Shown: positions 39,046-52,485 of the stretch, piece after piece | Position numbering within the stretch: the stretch's first letter is position 1 | Layout: each line of letters starts with the position of its first letter | Assembly (NCBI RefSeq): GCF_030028105.1 | Contig: NC_092373.1 | Coordinates: 147,041,556-147,105,555 of the forward strand | Direction: 5' to 3' | Origin: Mobula birostris | Lineage: Eukaryota | DNA length: 64,000 nucleotides | Translations under genes and position numbers: made by a program | The notes under the pieces: generated by a model | Told to the model about the DNA's origin: nothing | The model's database searches: none | What the model saw: only the letters and a program-made list of their open reading frames with translations

Positions 39046-40490
39046 CATGTTGTCCACAGGAATGGTACCGGTGGATTGGAGGGAGGCGAGTGTTGTCCCC
39101 TTGTTCAAAAAAGGTAGTAGGGATAGTCCGGGTAATTATAGACCAGTGAGCCTTACGTCTGTGGTGGGAAAGCTGTTGGAAAAGATTCTCAGAGATAGGA
39201 TCTATGGGCATTTAGAGAATCATGGTCTGATCAGGGACAGTCAGCATGGCTTTGTGAAGGGCAGATTGTGTCTAACAAGCCTGATAGAGTTCTCTGAGGA
39301 GGTGAGCAGGCATATAGATGAGGGTAGTGCAGTGGATGTGATCTATATGGATTTTAGTAAGGCATTTGACAAGGTTCCACACGGTAGGCTTATTCAGAAA
39401 GTCAGAAGGCATGGAATCCAGGGAAGTTTGGCCAGGTGGATTCAGAATTGGCTTGCCTGCAGAAGGCAGAGAGTCATGGTGGAGGGAGTACATTCGGATT
39501 GGAGGATTGTGACTAGTGGTGTCCCACAAGGATCTGTTCTGGGACCTCTACTTTTCGTGATTTTTATTAACAACCTGGATGTGGGGGTAGAGGGGTGGGT
39601 TGGCAAGTTTGCAGATGACACAAAGGGTGGTGGTGTTGTAGATAGTGTAGAGGATTGTCGAAGATTGCAGAGAGACATTGATAGGATGCAGAAGTGGGCT
39701 GAGAAGTGGCAGATGGAGTTCAACCTGGAGAAGTGTGAGGTGGTACACTTTGGAAGGACAAACTCCAAGGCAGAGTACAAAGTAAGTGGCAGGATACTTG
39801 GTAGTGTGGAGAAGCAGAGGGATCTGGGGCTACATGTCCACAGATCCCTGAAAGTTGCCTCACAGGTAGATAGGTTAGTTAAGAAAGCTTATGGGGTGTT
39901 AGCTTTCATAAGTCGAGGGATAGAGTTTAAGAGTCGCGATGTAATGATGCAGCTCTATAAAACTCTGGTTAGGCCACACTTGGAATACTGTGTCTAGTTC
40001 TGGTTGCCTCACTATAGGAAGGATGTGGAAGCATTGGAAAGGGTACAGAGGAGATTTACCAGGACGCTGTCTGGTTTAGAGAGTATGGATTATGATCAGA
40101 GATTAAGGGAGCTAGGGCTTTACTCTTTGGAGAGAAGGAGGATGAGAGGAGACATGATAGAGGTGTACAAGATAATAAGAGGAATAGATAGAGTGGATAG
40201 CCAGCGCCTCTTCCCAGGACACCACTGCTTAACACAAGAGGACATGGCTTTAAGGTAAGGGGTGGGAAGTTCAAGAAGAAGTGGGAAGTTCAGAGAGTGG
40301 TTGGTGCGTGGAATGCATTGCCTGAGTCGGTGGTGGAGGCAGATACACTCGTGAAGTTTAAGAGACTACTAGACAGGTATATGGAGGAATTTAAGGTAGG
40401 GGCTTATATGGGAGGCAGAGCTTGAGGGTCGGCACAATATTGTGGGCCGAAGGGCCTGTAATGTGCTGTGCTATTCTATGTTCTATGTTC
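39046..40490 (+). mobile_element. Relatively young 5'-truncated CR1 LINE
   Basis: 316-aa RT ORF 39047-39997 (NYRPVSLTS, QHGF, DFSKAFD, GVPQGSVLGP, KFADD); (ttctatg)n tail. Confidence 0.95.
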
Positions 40491-41285
40491 TATACAAATA
40501 TTGTGCTCTCAAAATTTCACTTTAAAGACTTCCCACTTACCATGTACATCTTTGCCAGAAAATAACCTGGCCCAATCCACACTTGCCAGGTCCATTCTGA
40601 TATCATCAAAATTGGTCTTTCTCCAATTGAGTATCTCAACCCAAGGACCACACCTATCCTTCTCCATATTTATTTTGAAACTAATGACACTTTGGTCACT
40701 AGATGCAAATTGTTCCCCTACACAAACTTTTGACACCTGCCCTGTCTTTTTCCCTAATAGGAAATCCACTGTTGCATTCTCTCTAGTCAAGACCACTATG
40801 TACTGATTAAGAAAACTTTGCTGAATACACGTGACAAATTTTATTCCATCCAGCCCTTTTACAGTAAGTTAATATGTAGAAAGTTAAAATCACCTGTTAT
40901 TAAAACCTTATGTTTCTTGCAACAGTCTGTGATCACTACAAATCTGTAACTTCTGTGGACTTCTGTGTGGTTTATAGTATAATCCCATTAACATGGTCAT
41001 CCTTTTCTTATTCCTTAGTTCCACCCATATACAGTAGTCTCAGTAGACAAGCTCTATCATGTCTGAGCATTCCGTGACACTTTGCCTGACAGACAATATC
41101 ACCCCTTCCCCTTTTATCCCACCCACTTTGTCACGTCAAAAGGAATAGATCGCTGGATCAATATATTACCAGTCCTATTCCTCCTGCAACCATGTCTCAC
41201 TAATGGCTACGATATCGTAATTGCATGTGCTGAATCATGCCCTAAGCTCATCCACCTTTCCTACGGTACTCTTTGCATTGAAATA

Positions 41286-42109
41286 CAGTGGATTCCAGTT
41301 AATTGGGTCATCACTTATTTGGCCTGACTCTTACAGAACAAAGACTAATCAAGAAAATAACTAGTTATCCCTTTGTTTATTTTGATACTATGCCACTTAA
41401 TTGTGACATGAAACTGTTGCTGAAGTTTCTAGCTAGAGGCAGTCGCATGCATTGGTGTGGCTTTTAAACATTACACTGTGCTTAGAGTGAACAGATTTTA
41501 ATAGTGTCAGTTGCATTTGTTGGTGTTCAAAAAGCAGTGATTATTGTCACTGATACTTGGTGAGAAATGGCAGTAGGGCACAATTTGGAACTGTTTTCCT
41601 CACTGTAGTTTCAAGCATTCAGGCTTACAGATGCCAGAAATGGCTGGGAGTGAAAATATAACGATTTCACTACTTCAACAAGTTAGGCACTATAAAGAAT
41701 TGGATGCTATCGACAATTATCTTGAATGTTATGATAAGAGTGAAGATTTGGAGGATGCATTCATTGAAAGCATTGTATGAAGGCTGTCCATTAACTGCAT
41801 GAGGTGTCTGTGCTAATTTTGTTCATTTACAGTCAATCAAAAGACCAAGGCAGACCAATCAAAAGACCTTGAATTTCTCTGTCAATAACCATCAGGAACT
41901 ACAATTTTATAGCACTGTAGTAGTGTAATTTGTATTCTAATTTGTTCAGTATTTCATTTAAATACATAATTTGCAACTGAATTAAATAGTAGTTTGTCGT
42001 TTTTGTATGTTTTTAACTAATTCCATGAATCTTCGACTACTTGGTGCTGCCACTTAATTGGGCCAAAGTGTATTGGTCCCAATGTGCCCCGGTTAACCGG
42101 AATGCACTG
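41286..42109. mobile_element. Tigger/pogo-like non-autonomous DNA transposon
   Basis: TA|cagtggattccagttaattggg ... cccggttaaccggaatgcactg|TA imperfect TIRs; host CR1 rejoins across it. Confidence 0.85.
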
Positions 42110-42767
42110 TACACACAACTCAGAACATTAGTACCACCATGCTCATCCTTCCGATATCTGCTCTGCCACTCTGGTTCCCATCCCACTGCAACTCTAGTTT
42201 AAGCCCCTCCTCCCCCTTGTGCAGCACCGTCAAACCTTCTCACAAGGATATTAGTCCCCTTCCATTTCAGGTGTCCCATCTGTACAGGTCCTACCTTCCC
42301 TGGAAGAGAGCCCAATGATCCAAAAATCTGAAGCCCTCCCTCCTGCATCATCTCCTTACCCATGTGTAAAACTGTATGATCTTCCTCTTTCTGGTCTCAC
42401 TATCACATGACACAAGTAGCAATCCTGAGATCACAACCCTGGAGGTCCTGTCCTTTAACTTAGCACCTAACTCCCTGAAGTCACTTCCACGGGACTTTGT
42501 GAACTTTCCCACCCATGTCATTGGTACTGATATGGACCACGACCTCTGGCTGCATGCCCTCCCACTTAAGAATACTATGGACCTGATCCTAGATGTCCCT
42601 GACTCTGACACCCAGGGGGCAACATACCATCCATGAATCTTGTTCTTAATCCATAGAACTTCCTGCCTGTTCCCCTCATCAATGAATCCCCTATCACTAC
42701 GGCTCAGCTCTTCTCTTCCCTTCCCTTTTGAGCCACAGAGCCAGGCTGAGTGCCAGTGATCTGACTA

Positions 42768-44004
42768 TACTTTATGCTTCATTGTCGCCAAACAATTGAT
42801 ACTAGAATGTACAATCATCACAGTAATATTTGATTCTGCTCTTTGTGCTCCCTGGAGTACAAATCGATAGTAAATATTAAAAATTTAAATTAAATTATAA
42901 ATCATAAATAGAAAATAGAAAAGGGAAAGTAAGGTAGTGCAAAAAAACCGAGAGGCAGGTCCAGATATTTGGAGGGTACGGCCCAGATCCGGGTAAGGAT
43001 CTGTTCAGCAGTCTTATCACAGTTGGTAAGAAGCTGTTCCCAAATCTGGCTGTACGAGTCTTCAAGCTCCTGAGTCTTCTCCCGGAGGGAAGAGGGACGA
43101 AAAGTGTGTTGGCTGGGTGGGTCATGTCCTTGATTATCCTGGCAGCACTGCTCTGACAGCATGTGGTGTAAAGTGAGTCCAAGGATGGAAGATTGGTTTG
43201 TGTGATGTGCTGGGCTGTGTTCACAATCTTCTGCAGCTTCTTCCGGTCTTGGACAGGACAACTTCCACACCAGGTTGTGATGCACCCTAGAAGAATGCTT
43301 TCTACAGTGCATCTATAAAAATTAGTGAGGGTTTTAGGGGACAGGCCAAACTTCCTTAGCTTCCTCAGGAAGTAAAGGCGCTAGTGGGCCTTCTGGGCAG
43401 TGGACTCTGCTTGCTTGGACTAAGTCAGTTCATTTGTGATATTGACCCTGAGGAACTTAAAGCTTTTGACCTGTTCCACTTGCACACCATCGATGTAAGT
43501 GGGGTCGTGCGGTCCGCTACTCCTTCTGAAGACAACAACCAATTCCTTCGTCTTGCTGACGTTGAGAGATAGGTTATTGTCTTCGCACCATGACACCAGG
43601 TTCTTAATTTCTTCTCTGTACTCAAACTCATCATTACCCGAGATACGGCCTACAATTGTGGTGTCATCAGCAAACTTATATATTGAGTTCGATGGAAACT
43701 TGGCCACACAATCATGGGTGTACAGTGAGTACTGCAGGGGGCTGAGTACACAGCCTTGTGGGGCACCGGTGCTCAGTGTGATTGTAGAGGAGAGCTTGTC
43801 CCTTATTTTTATAGCCTGGGTCCTGTCTGTGAGGAAGTTGAAGATCCAGCTGCAAATCTGAGTGCTAAGGCCCAGGTTCCGGAGCTTAGGAACCAGTTTA
43901 TTTGGAATAATGGTATTAAAGGCAGAGCTGTAGTCAATGAAAAGGAGCCTTATATATGTGTCTTTATTCTCCAGGTGTTCTAAGGAGGAATGTAGGGCCA
44001 GAGA
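42768..44004 (-). mobile_element. Young 5'-truncated Rex1/Babar LINE
   Basis: [32 protein letters not shown]; TSD gacta at 42763-42767 and 44005-44009. Confidence 0.92.
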
Positions 44005-44539
44005 GACTACTGTGGCTTTCCACTGCTAGGTCATTTAGCCCTGCCCCCAGCAGTATCTAAAGCAGTATATCTGTTTTTGTTGGGAATGGCCATAGCAGGA
44101 CTCTGCACTGGATGTCTATCCCTTTCCCCCTCTTGACAGTCACCTTGTCGCTGTGTCTGTCCTTTGGGTGTAACTACCTTCCTGTATTGAATGTCATTCA
44201 ACTCCTCAAACTCCAGAATGATCTGGAGTTCGTCCAGCTCCAGCTCCATTACCTCGACGTGGTCTGTAAGAAGCGGCACTAAAGGTCTCCCTTTCTTCTC
44301 ACATCCTGCGAGAGGAGCTTTCTACTATCTTGCCTGGCATCCCTAATGCTCTAACTGTGCAATAACAAAGAAAAGTTAAATGAAAAATTCTATCTACAGC
44401 CTCCGCCTCTCTTCACTGAACTTTCTACGAGTTAAAGCCTGGATTCCCTACTCTAACACTGGCCTACACACACAATAGCTGCTCTGCTTAAACTTAACTT
44501 CTTACTATTGGCCCTTGCCAAGTGTCTAATTATGCATCA

Positions 44540-44803
44540 TCCAACATCTCCAAGGGGACTATGGTGCGCATAGTTCTCCATTCTCCCCCTTCTGCCCCCT
44601 TACAATCCTAGGGAACTACAGTTCTCCTAGGGAACTGTCATGCACAGAGTGTCCCGAGTGCTCCTGCTCGCTTCTTTTGAAATATCTCTCCTGCTCTGCA
44701 ATCTACTGTCTCCAAAAGAACTGTGACACATGGAATATCTCGACTGCCCCCACCCACTTCTTTTGTAATTTCTTTCCCACTGCACTATCAAATGTCTCCA
44801 AGG
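44540..44803. repeat. Degenerate ~86-bp tandem monomers at the CR1 5' end, continuing at 45570-45670
   Basis: Units start at 44626, 44712 and 44798 (cc(a/t)a(g/a)(g/a)gaactgt..gcttctttt..ct). Confidence 0.7.
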
Positions 44804-45568
44804 TCATAGTCATAGTCATAGTCATACTTTATTGATCCCGGGGGAAATTGGTTTTCTTACAGTTGCACCATGAATAATTAAATAGTATTAAAGCCATAAA
44901 TAGTTAAATAGTAATATGTAAATTATGTCAGGAAATAAGTCCAGGACCAGCCTATTGGCTCAGGGTGTCTGACCCTCCAAGGGAGGAGTTGTAAAGTTTG
45001 ATGGCCACAGGCAGGAATGACTTCCTATGACGCTCAGTGCTGCATCTCGGTGGAATGTGTCTCTGGCTGAATGTACTCCTGTGCCCAACCAGTACATTAT
45101 GTAGTGGATGGGAGACATTGTCCAAGATGGCATGTAACTTGGACAACATCCTCTTTTCAGACACCACCGTCAGAGAGTCCAGTTCCATCCCCACAACATC
45201 ACTGGCCTTCCGAATGAGTTTGTTGATTCTGTTAGTGTTTGCTACCCTCAGCCTGCTGCCCCAGCACACAACAACAAACATGATAACACTGGCCACCACA
45301 GATTCGTAGAACATCCTCAGCATCATCCGGCAGATGTTAAAGGACCTCAGTCTCTTCAGGAAATAGAGACGGCTCTGACCCTTCTTGTAGACAGCCTCAG
45401 TGTTCTTAGACCAGTCCAGTTTATTGTCAATTCGTATCCCCAGGTATTTGTAATCCTCCACCATGTCCACACTGACCCCCTGGATGGAAACAGGGGTCAC
45501 CAATACCTTAGCTCTCCTCAGGTCTACCACCAGCTCCTTAGTCTTTTTCACATTAATTAAGCTGCAAA
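44804..45568 (-). mobile_element. 5'-truncated Rex1/Babar LINE, different subfamily
   Basis: ORF 44952(-) NVKKTKELVVD..YKYLG..QSRLYFL..SFLPVAIKLYN; (catagt)n tail. Confidence 0.92.
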
Positions 45569-45689
45569 TGTGGAGTGCAGAATGGTCCATCTGCCCCTGC
45601 TTCTTTAGAAATTTTTCTCCCGCTATGTAATCCAACAGCTCCAAAGGAAATATGCTGCACAGACATAACCTCTATTGTTTCAACATATG

Positions 45690-45972
45690 TAGTCCATTAG
45701 CATGATGCTACTACAGCTTGAGAGGTCAGAGTTCTGAGTTTAATCCCGGCATCCTCTGTAAGAAGTCTCTGTACCCGTAGAATATGTGGGTTTACTCCAG
45801 GTCCATTGTTTCCTCCCAGAGTCCAAATATGTACTGAGTAGGTGTGCAGATCATTGTACAAATGTAAATTGTCCCATAATTAGGTTAGGATTATATCAGG
45901 ATTGTTGGGGGTTGTTGGGTGGTGTGGCTTGAAGGACTAGAGGACCTATTCCTGCTGTATCTCTAAATAAAT
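45690..45972 (+). mobile_element. V-SINE-like (tRNA-derived) SINE
   Basis: gagtttaatcc B-box-like motif, tttcctcccagagtccaaa V-core, ctaaataaa tail. Confidence 0.7.
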
Positions 45973-47549
45973 ATATAACAAGGTGATAGATTCTCCTCCG
46001 CAAAGTGAAACATCATTCAGTTGTGTCAAAATCCTTGTGCATGAGTGCAACTGAAACATGCATCGTTGGTCCATGGGTGGCACTGTTATGGACTTCCTGT
46101 CTCAATGACCAACAAGGAAGCCTTTTTGGGCAGATTAGAATTTCTTGACTTTGCTCTTTCTTTCACTGCATCAGAACTGGAGCACACTGGGAATGAAAAT
46201 GAACTAATGTTTTTATTCTATGAAAAACAGCCACTTGTCAGCAAAGAAAGATGCATATGAGGCAGTCTCCAGCTGGGAGCATATTGCTGGCCAAGTAACT
46301 TTTCACTGCTTGCTTTCACAAGATTGCATGTCAAAGACACATACAAAATCATGTCTCTTAATCTTAAAAGATTGTATACAAAAGGAAGGAGAATGAGTCT
46401 GAGTGAATGTCTCTGCCAGAGTCTGTTCTGAATAAAACAGGTAAGGACCTGCAGATGACAATTTCTCAATTCCATGCGGGAGTGCATTTCTGAACTTGAA
46501 TGTCTTATGCGTGATTTTTCAATCATTTAAAATGATGATTTAATAGTTGTGCATAATGCTTTCCCAAATTTCCAATATGTGCTCCTGCCAGGTAGGGATT
46601 TGCTACTGGGAATATGAAAATGGAAAATTAAATTTGTAATGTAATCACTCATCACACATCAACATTTCATCTGCCACTCAATTCATGCCTTTCAGCCAGG
46701 CTATTATCTTTAGTGTAATCAGGAATGCACTAGGCTGTTCAATGCACTAAAACATGGCTTTATTGCCTGAGTGTCAAGATTGTTAGCACAGAACTCGTGC
46801 TGATATATGCTGTTCCTCTGCCTATCCCCACAGGCTACTGCCAATGGGTCTTCTCTCAAGAGGCACACTTATCTGCCAGAGAACAGAAAAAAGATGCATC
46901 TTGTAGATTCAGTTAAATGTTGTTAGACAGTTCCTTTTGATGGCTTCCATGTTGTGAGCTACTGTGAAGTCACTATAATCCCAAATCTTGCTGGTTCCTC
47001 AGCCATAGAAGATTTAATGTCAAACACTTAAGTGTAGCCTTCCTGAAGAAAAGTTATCAAAGGCTTTCCATTGCAACCATCAGGGAACAATTTCTGCAGC
47101 ACATTAAAATGGCAAACATTTTAACAATAAGTTTATGATTTTGTTACCCCAGCATATAAAGAAATCATTCCACCTCTATTCTAGCAGCTGCTTTTGGAAC
47201 CAACAATGCCTAAACATTCCTACTGAAGGATCCCAGGCAAAGAAACATGAGCCTTAACTAGCTAGTGCTTTCTTTATCTTCTGTCTCATAGCATGCCAAG
47301 CATCTGTTGGTCCTTCTTGACATTCACCATTCATAAATCCTGGTTTGTCAAAAACCCAGTGTAATCGTAACTGCTGATGCTGGGTATTCTGGCCTATTGC
47401 TCTGAGTGTCACTTGAACCTTCACCTTTAGGGAAATCTGAAGGTAATTTCATAATTACATTGGCACGCTTTGCAAACTCACCTGCAATGAGCTGTTTATA
47501 TTTTTGGCTTCAAAAATTATAAGTTATCATTAAGTTGGAATACAACATA

Positions 47550-49385
47550 CAGTCGAAGGGCTATAGGGTATTGCAGCATGGAACAAGCCTTTTGTCTCAA
47601 CTGGTCCATGCCAACCATAGTATCCCCTCTGCTGGTCTCAGTTGCCTGTGTTTAGCCCACAACCCTCAAGCCCCTACCTTCAATGTACCTCTTCGAATGC
47701 CCCTTTAGTGTTAAAATTGTACCCACCTTGATAACTTCCTCTGGCAGCTCCTTCCAGGTCCCTCTGTGTAAGGAAGTTAGCTTTCAGGTCACTTTTAAAT
47801 CTCTTCCTCTTATCTGTACCCTCTAGCTTTGGAATCCTCAGTCCTGGAAAAAAAGATAATGACAGTGCATCTTATCCATGATTTTATGAACTGTTCATTT
47901 TCCTGTGCTCCACAGATTAAAGATCAAATGTGACCATCATCTCCCAATAATTTAGTCCAGGCTGCATCTTCATAAGTCTCTTTTGCATCCTCTCCAACTT
48001 GAGAATGGCTGCCCTATAACAGGGTGTCCAAAACTGTATACAATACTCCAAGCGCAGTTTTACTATTAACTGCAAAATAATATCCTTACTCCCAAACCTG
48101 ATGTCCTGACTGATGAAGGCTACCATGCTAAATGCCTTCTTCACCATCCTGTCTACCTGTGTGGCTGTTCTCAGTGAACAGTGGGTTTATACTCCCAAGT
48201 TCCTCTGTTCCACAACACTCGTCACTGCCTGCCACTCATTGTGCAAGTCTTAACCTGGATTGACTGTCCTAACTGCATCACTTCACACTTATCTAAGTTG
48301 AAGACTATTTGTCATTCCTCTTCCCATCACCCTATCTGATCAAGATCTCTTTGCAATTCATTGTAACCTCCATTTTCACCCAGAATCCTTAATTTAGTAT
48401 CTTCAGCAAGCTTGTTAATTGTACTACGTGCATTCATGTCCAACTTATTTACTTAAATCATGAAAAGCTGAGATCCAATACTAACCCTTGGTGCAATAGT
48501 TAGACACAGATCTCCAGTTGGAGAATTGACCTTCATCACCCTCTGCTTCCTATCACTGAGCCAACTTCACTTTCTCCCCTTGAATCCCACATGACCTAAC
48601 CTTCCAGATCAGTCAGCATGCAGGACCTTGTCAAAGACCTTACTAAAGTTCATATAGACAACGTCCACTGATCTACCTCCATTTATTACCTTAGTAACCT
48701 GTTCAAAAACTCCAAACGATTCATCAGATATGACTTCACATGGACAGAACCATGTTGACTATTCCTGATCAGGCCTTAACTATTCAAGTGATATTGATCT
48801 GGTTCCTCAGAATTCCCGGCAGTAACTTCCCTACAACTGAAGTCAAGCTCACCAGCCTGTAGGTTCCTGACCTGTCCTTGCTGGTCTTCTTGAACAATGG
48901 AACAACATTACTCACTCTTCAGTTTTCTAGAACTTTGTCAGTGGCTAATTGCAAAGCAAATATCTGTATAAGAGCTTTTGCAGTTTCTTCCCTGGCCTTG
49001 CATGAGGTCCAGGGGTGTATTTAAACATGCTCTGGAAATATGTCTACCTTAATGAATTCCTTCCTTGGAATATTCATATGATCCAAGACCTCTCTACTTA
49101 TTACCCTCATTCTTTGGCATCCATGATATTCTCCTTAGTAAATACCAAGGACAAACAGACATAAAAAATCTCAGACATCTCCTGCAGCTCCACACATAGG
49201 CATCTTTAAGTCTTTAAGAGGATCTAGTCTCTTTCTAGATATTTAAGAGGACCTAGTCCCTCCCTAGTCATCCTTTTACTGTAAATATAACTAATGAACC
49301 TTTTAGGACTACCTTTAACGCTGCTTTCCAAATCCATGTCATATCCTCTTTTTTCTCTCCTGATTTCCCACTTAAACCTGGTCTC
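47550..49385 (-). mobile_element. Degenerate CR1 ORF2 fragment
   Basis: ORF 47917(-) VKKAFSMVAFIS..LEYCIQFW; gaccttgtcaaagaccttactaaag resembles FSKAFDKV. Confidence 0.8.
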
Positions 49386-49945
49386 CGTTACTGCCATGAT
49401 GAGGCCACTCTCAAGCTGGAGGAGCAATACCTCTTATTCCAACTGTTTAGTCTCCAGCCTAATGGCATGAACATTAATTTCTCCAACTTCTGGTCATTTC
49501 TGCCCACTCCCCCTTCTCTTTTTTTAACCATTCCCCATTCTGGTTTGGCTCTTACCCCTTCTCTTCTCCCTACCTCCCCCACCCCCACTCCTTCACTTTC
49601 TTCCATGGTCCACTTTCCTCTCCTATCAGATTACTTCTTCTTCATCTCTATAACTCTTCTACCTATCACCTCCCAACTTCTCATTTCATCTTCCCTCGCT
49701 CACCCACTGACCTTTCCCCTCACCTGTTTTCACCTATCACTTGTCAGCTTGTACTCCTTCCCCTCCCCCCACTTTCTTATTTTGGCTTCTTTCTTCCTCT
49801 GTTCCAGTCCTGATGAAGGGTCTTGGTCTGAAACATTGACAGTAATTCCTCTTCATAGACGCGGCCCGACCTGCTCTGTTCCTCCAGCAGTCTGTGTTTG
49901 TTGCTCTGGATTTGCAGCATCTGCAGGTTTTCTTGTGTTTATGAA
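49386..49945 (+). mobile_element. Penelope-like 3' fragment with a hammerhead motif
   Basis: EATLKLEEQYL..QPNGMNINFSNF; pyrimidine tract; ctgatga..gaaac. Confidence 0.85.
49805..49842 (+). ncRNA. Degenerate minimal type I hammerhead ribozyme motif
   Basis: cagtc CTGATGA agggtcttggtct GAAAC att gacag. Confidence 0.65.
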
Positions 49946-51116
49946 TCAGTGAATATCCTTCTAAATATTGCATCATATTCAAATCAATGCCTTTTTTCTC
50001 TTAAAATGTTGGCAAGAATAAAGGAAGGTGTGGGGACAAGTTTCAGCCAGAAAAGAGCTGTTCAGCTTCTTTAAAATGTTTTAAATGACAAGCAGCTGAT
50101 TGATTATCATCTGGACTAATATTCTTGCCTTCAACTCTGTTACCAAGGTGAGGACTTCTTAATATGGACTAAACTGACATCACAGCTTATAACATTGACT
50201 TTGCCACCTTCAGTGCCTACTTTATTCCGTAAATGTCATCTGTCACAATTTACTATGAATTTTTAGCAGCCTTTGATCACAAGATATCACCTAATGCTGA
50301 GTTGTATACATGTTGCGAATGTTTGAGACACCTGTTTTACAAAAAGAAGTCACCTTCATGCTCACAGTTTTGCAGAATTATATCTGTGCATGCATAAATG
50401 CATAAGCATAAATGAGCTGCAGCTTTCATGTGGGTTCCACACAGCAGTTTATGCTAAATGTGTGGAGTGCTCAGCCAAGAGCCGACATTGCTGACAGTTG
50501 AACCACTGAGTAAGGGTAGCAAAAGTTTCTTGTATTTGCCGTCAGATGTCCTGGTAGAAAGGTCCAGAGGAGAGGAGTTTTCTGCATCTGCAATACATAA
50601 CTCTCATAATTAATCATTTAGAGTCATTGAGTAACACAGGATGGAAACAGGCACTTCAGACAAACATTCGTGCTAACCAAGATGCTCGTCTAAGCAAGGC
50701 CCATTTACCCTTATTTCAGCGATAGCCCTCTAAACCTTTCCTATCTATATACTTGTCCAAGTGTCTTTTAAATGTTGTTATCAACTACTTCCTCTGGTAG
50801 CTCCTTCCACATATGCACCACCTTTGTATGAAGAAGTTGCCCCTCAGGTTTTTTTTCAACTCTTCTCCCCTTTTTGTAAACCAACTAGACAACGGGGTGA
50901 CCCATTGGGGCACCCTTTGAGAGAAGGGTGGTGCAGTCTGATGCGACCAGAATGAACATTAAATTTTCCTGAATGCTATTGGTATCGCTTTGCTTTGGAA
51001 ACTGAAGTAGTAAACCTCAGTTTATTAAAGAAGAATGATGCGTAGCAAAGCAAATATAACTCCTCCTCGTTTAACGAAAGACACTTTTGATGGCATCATT
51101 TCTGGCTTATCTGCCA

Positions 51117-52208
51117 TCCAGGACATCTCAAATGTCCTCTTTCTTTAAGGATCATGGTTTCCCTTCTGCCGTCATCAAAGATGCCCTCACCCACATCTCC
51201 TCCATTTCCCGCATTTCGGCCCTCACCACATCCTCCTGTCACCACAACAGGGACAGAGTTCCCCTTGTCCTCACCTACCACCCCACAAGCCTCCGGATCC
51301 AGCACATTATCCTCCACAACTACCGCCACCTTCAACAGGACCCCACCACTAAACACATCATTCCTTCTCCACTCCTCTCCGCTTTCCCTCCACGACTCCC
51401 TAGTCCACACGTTCCTCCCCATGGATCTCCCACCTGGCACTTATCCCTGTAAGCATAAGTGCTACACCTGTCCCTACACCTCCTCTCTTGCTGCCATTCA
51501 GGGCCCCAAACAGTCCTTCCAGGTGAGGCAACACTTCACTTGTGAGTCTGTTGGGGTCATCTATTGCATCCGGTGCTACCGGTGGGGCTTCCTCTACATC
51601 GGTGAAACCCGACACAGATTAGGGGACTGCTTTGTCGAGCACCTCAGCTCCATCCGGCACAACAGACAGGATCTTCCGGTTGCCACCCACTTCAACTCTG
51701 CTTCACATTCCCATTCAGATATGTCCATACATGGCCTCCTCTACTGCCAGATAAGGCTAAACTCGGGTTGGAGGAGCAACACCTCATATACTGTCTGGGT
51801 AGTCTCCAGCCCCTTGGTATGAACATTGAATTCTCCAATTTCCGGTAATTCCCTCCTCCTCCCTTCCCCCATCCCTGTTTCACTCTGCCCCCTCCCCCAG
51901 CTGCCTATCACCTCCCTCATGGTTCCACCTGCTTCTACTACCCATTGTGCTTTCCCTATTCCTTCTCCACCTTTCCTGCCTATCACCTCCCTGCTTCCCC
52001 TCCCCCCACCCCTTTATCTTTCCCCTTACTGGTTTTTCACCTGGAACCTACCAGTCTTCTCCTTCCCACCCTCCCCCCACCTCATTTATAGGGTCTCTGC
52101 CTCCTCCCTCTTCAGTCCTGATGAAGAGTTCCAGCCCAAACTTTGACTAATCACTTCCACGGATGCTACCCAACCTGCCGAGATCCTCCAGCGTGTTGTG
52201 AGTGTTGC
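51117..52208 (+). mobile_element. Penelope-like element, 5'-truncated, inside the Helitron
   Basis: RVPLVLTYHP; GIY-YIG text VIYCIRCYRWGFLYIGETRHRLGD; TSD tctgcca at 51110-51116 and 52209-52215. Confidence 0.92.
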
Positions 52209-52233
52209 TCTGCCACCCTTGTGCCTCTCCTTG

Positions 52234-52485
52234 TCATTCTGGAGTCATGCAGCCCTTATCCCTCGTCTCTTCATCTCTTCTGCTGTTTGTTCTTTGTCTC
52301 TGATCCTGGAGACGTGCATGCCTCTCCTCCTCTGTCTCTTCTTTTTTTGTCCTGACTCTTTGATCCTGGAGTCGTGCAGCCCTGGCCTCATCCGATTCTT
52401 GTTCTCTCCCTCCCCTTGTCACTTCCCAATGACATTTGGCGTCATCTCTTGACCATAATGTCCCCCTTCCCTTTCCACGTGGCAT
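52234..52485 (-). pseudogene. Helitron RepHel N-terminal STPR-like repeat remnant
   Basis: MPRGK..ESDEARAARLQDQR..ETEEERHARLQDQR..DEET, ~23-aa periodicity. Confidence 0.7.

Larger units (their letters stand above)
35850..45670 (-). mobile_element. Large old CR1 (5'UTR, ORF1, APE, linker) split into 35850-36051, 40491-41285, 42110-42767, 44010-44803 and 45570-45670
   Basis: Segments join co-linearly across insertions; ORF 40509(-) SDQSVISF..LNWRKTNF; VHISTND frame near 42530; ORF 44031(-) LELDEL..NRYTALD. Confidence 0.8.

Noticed and set aside
36047-39050. TSD for the RBM25-bearing Gypsy element
   Set aside because: The flanks (cctat / catgt) do not match; the right junction is obscured by the young CR1, so no TSD is claimed
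46430-47490. Isolated strong splice-donor matches (cag|gtaagg at ~46440 +, cag|gtgagt at ~47481 -)
   Set aside because: No matching acceptor or coding frame; expected by chance in 64 kb
49467-52150. Pro/Ser/Leu-rich ORFs (49467, 51826, 51947)
   Set aside because: Translations of the pyrimidine-rich Penelope 3' region
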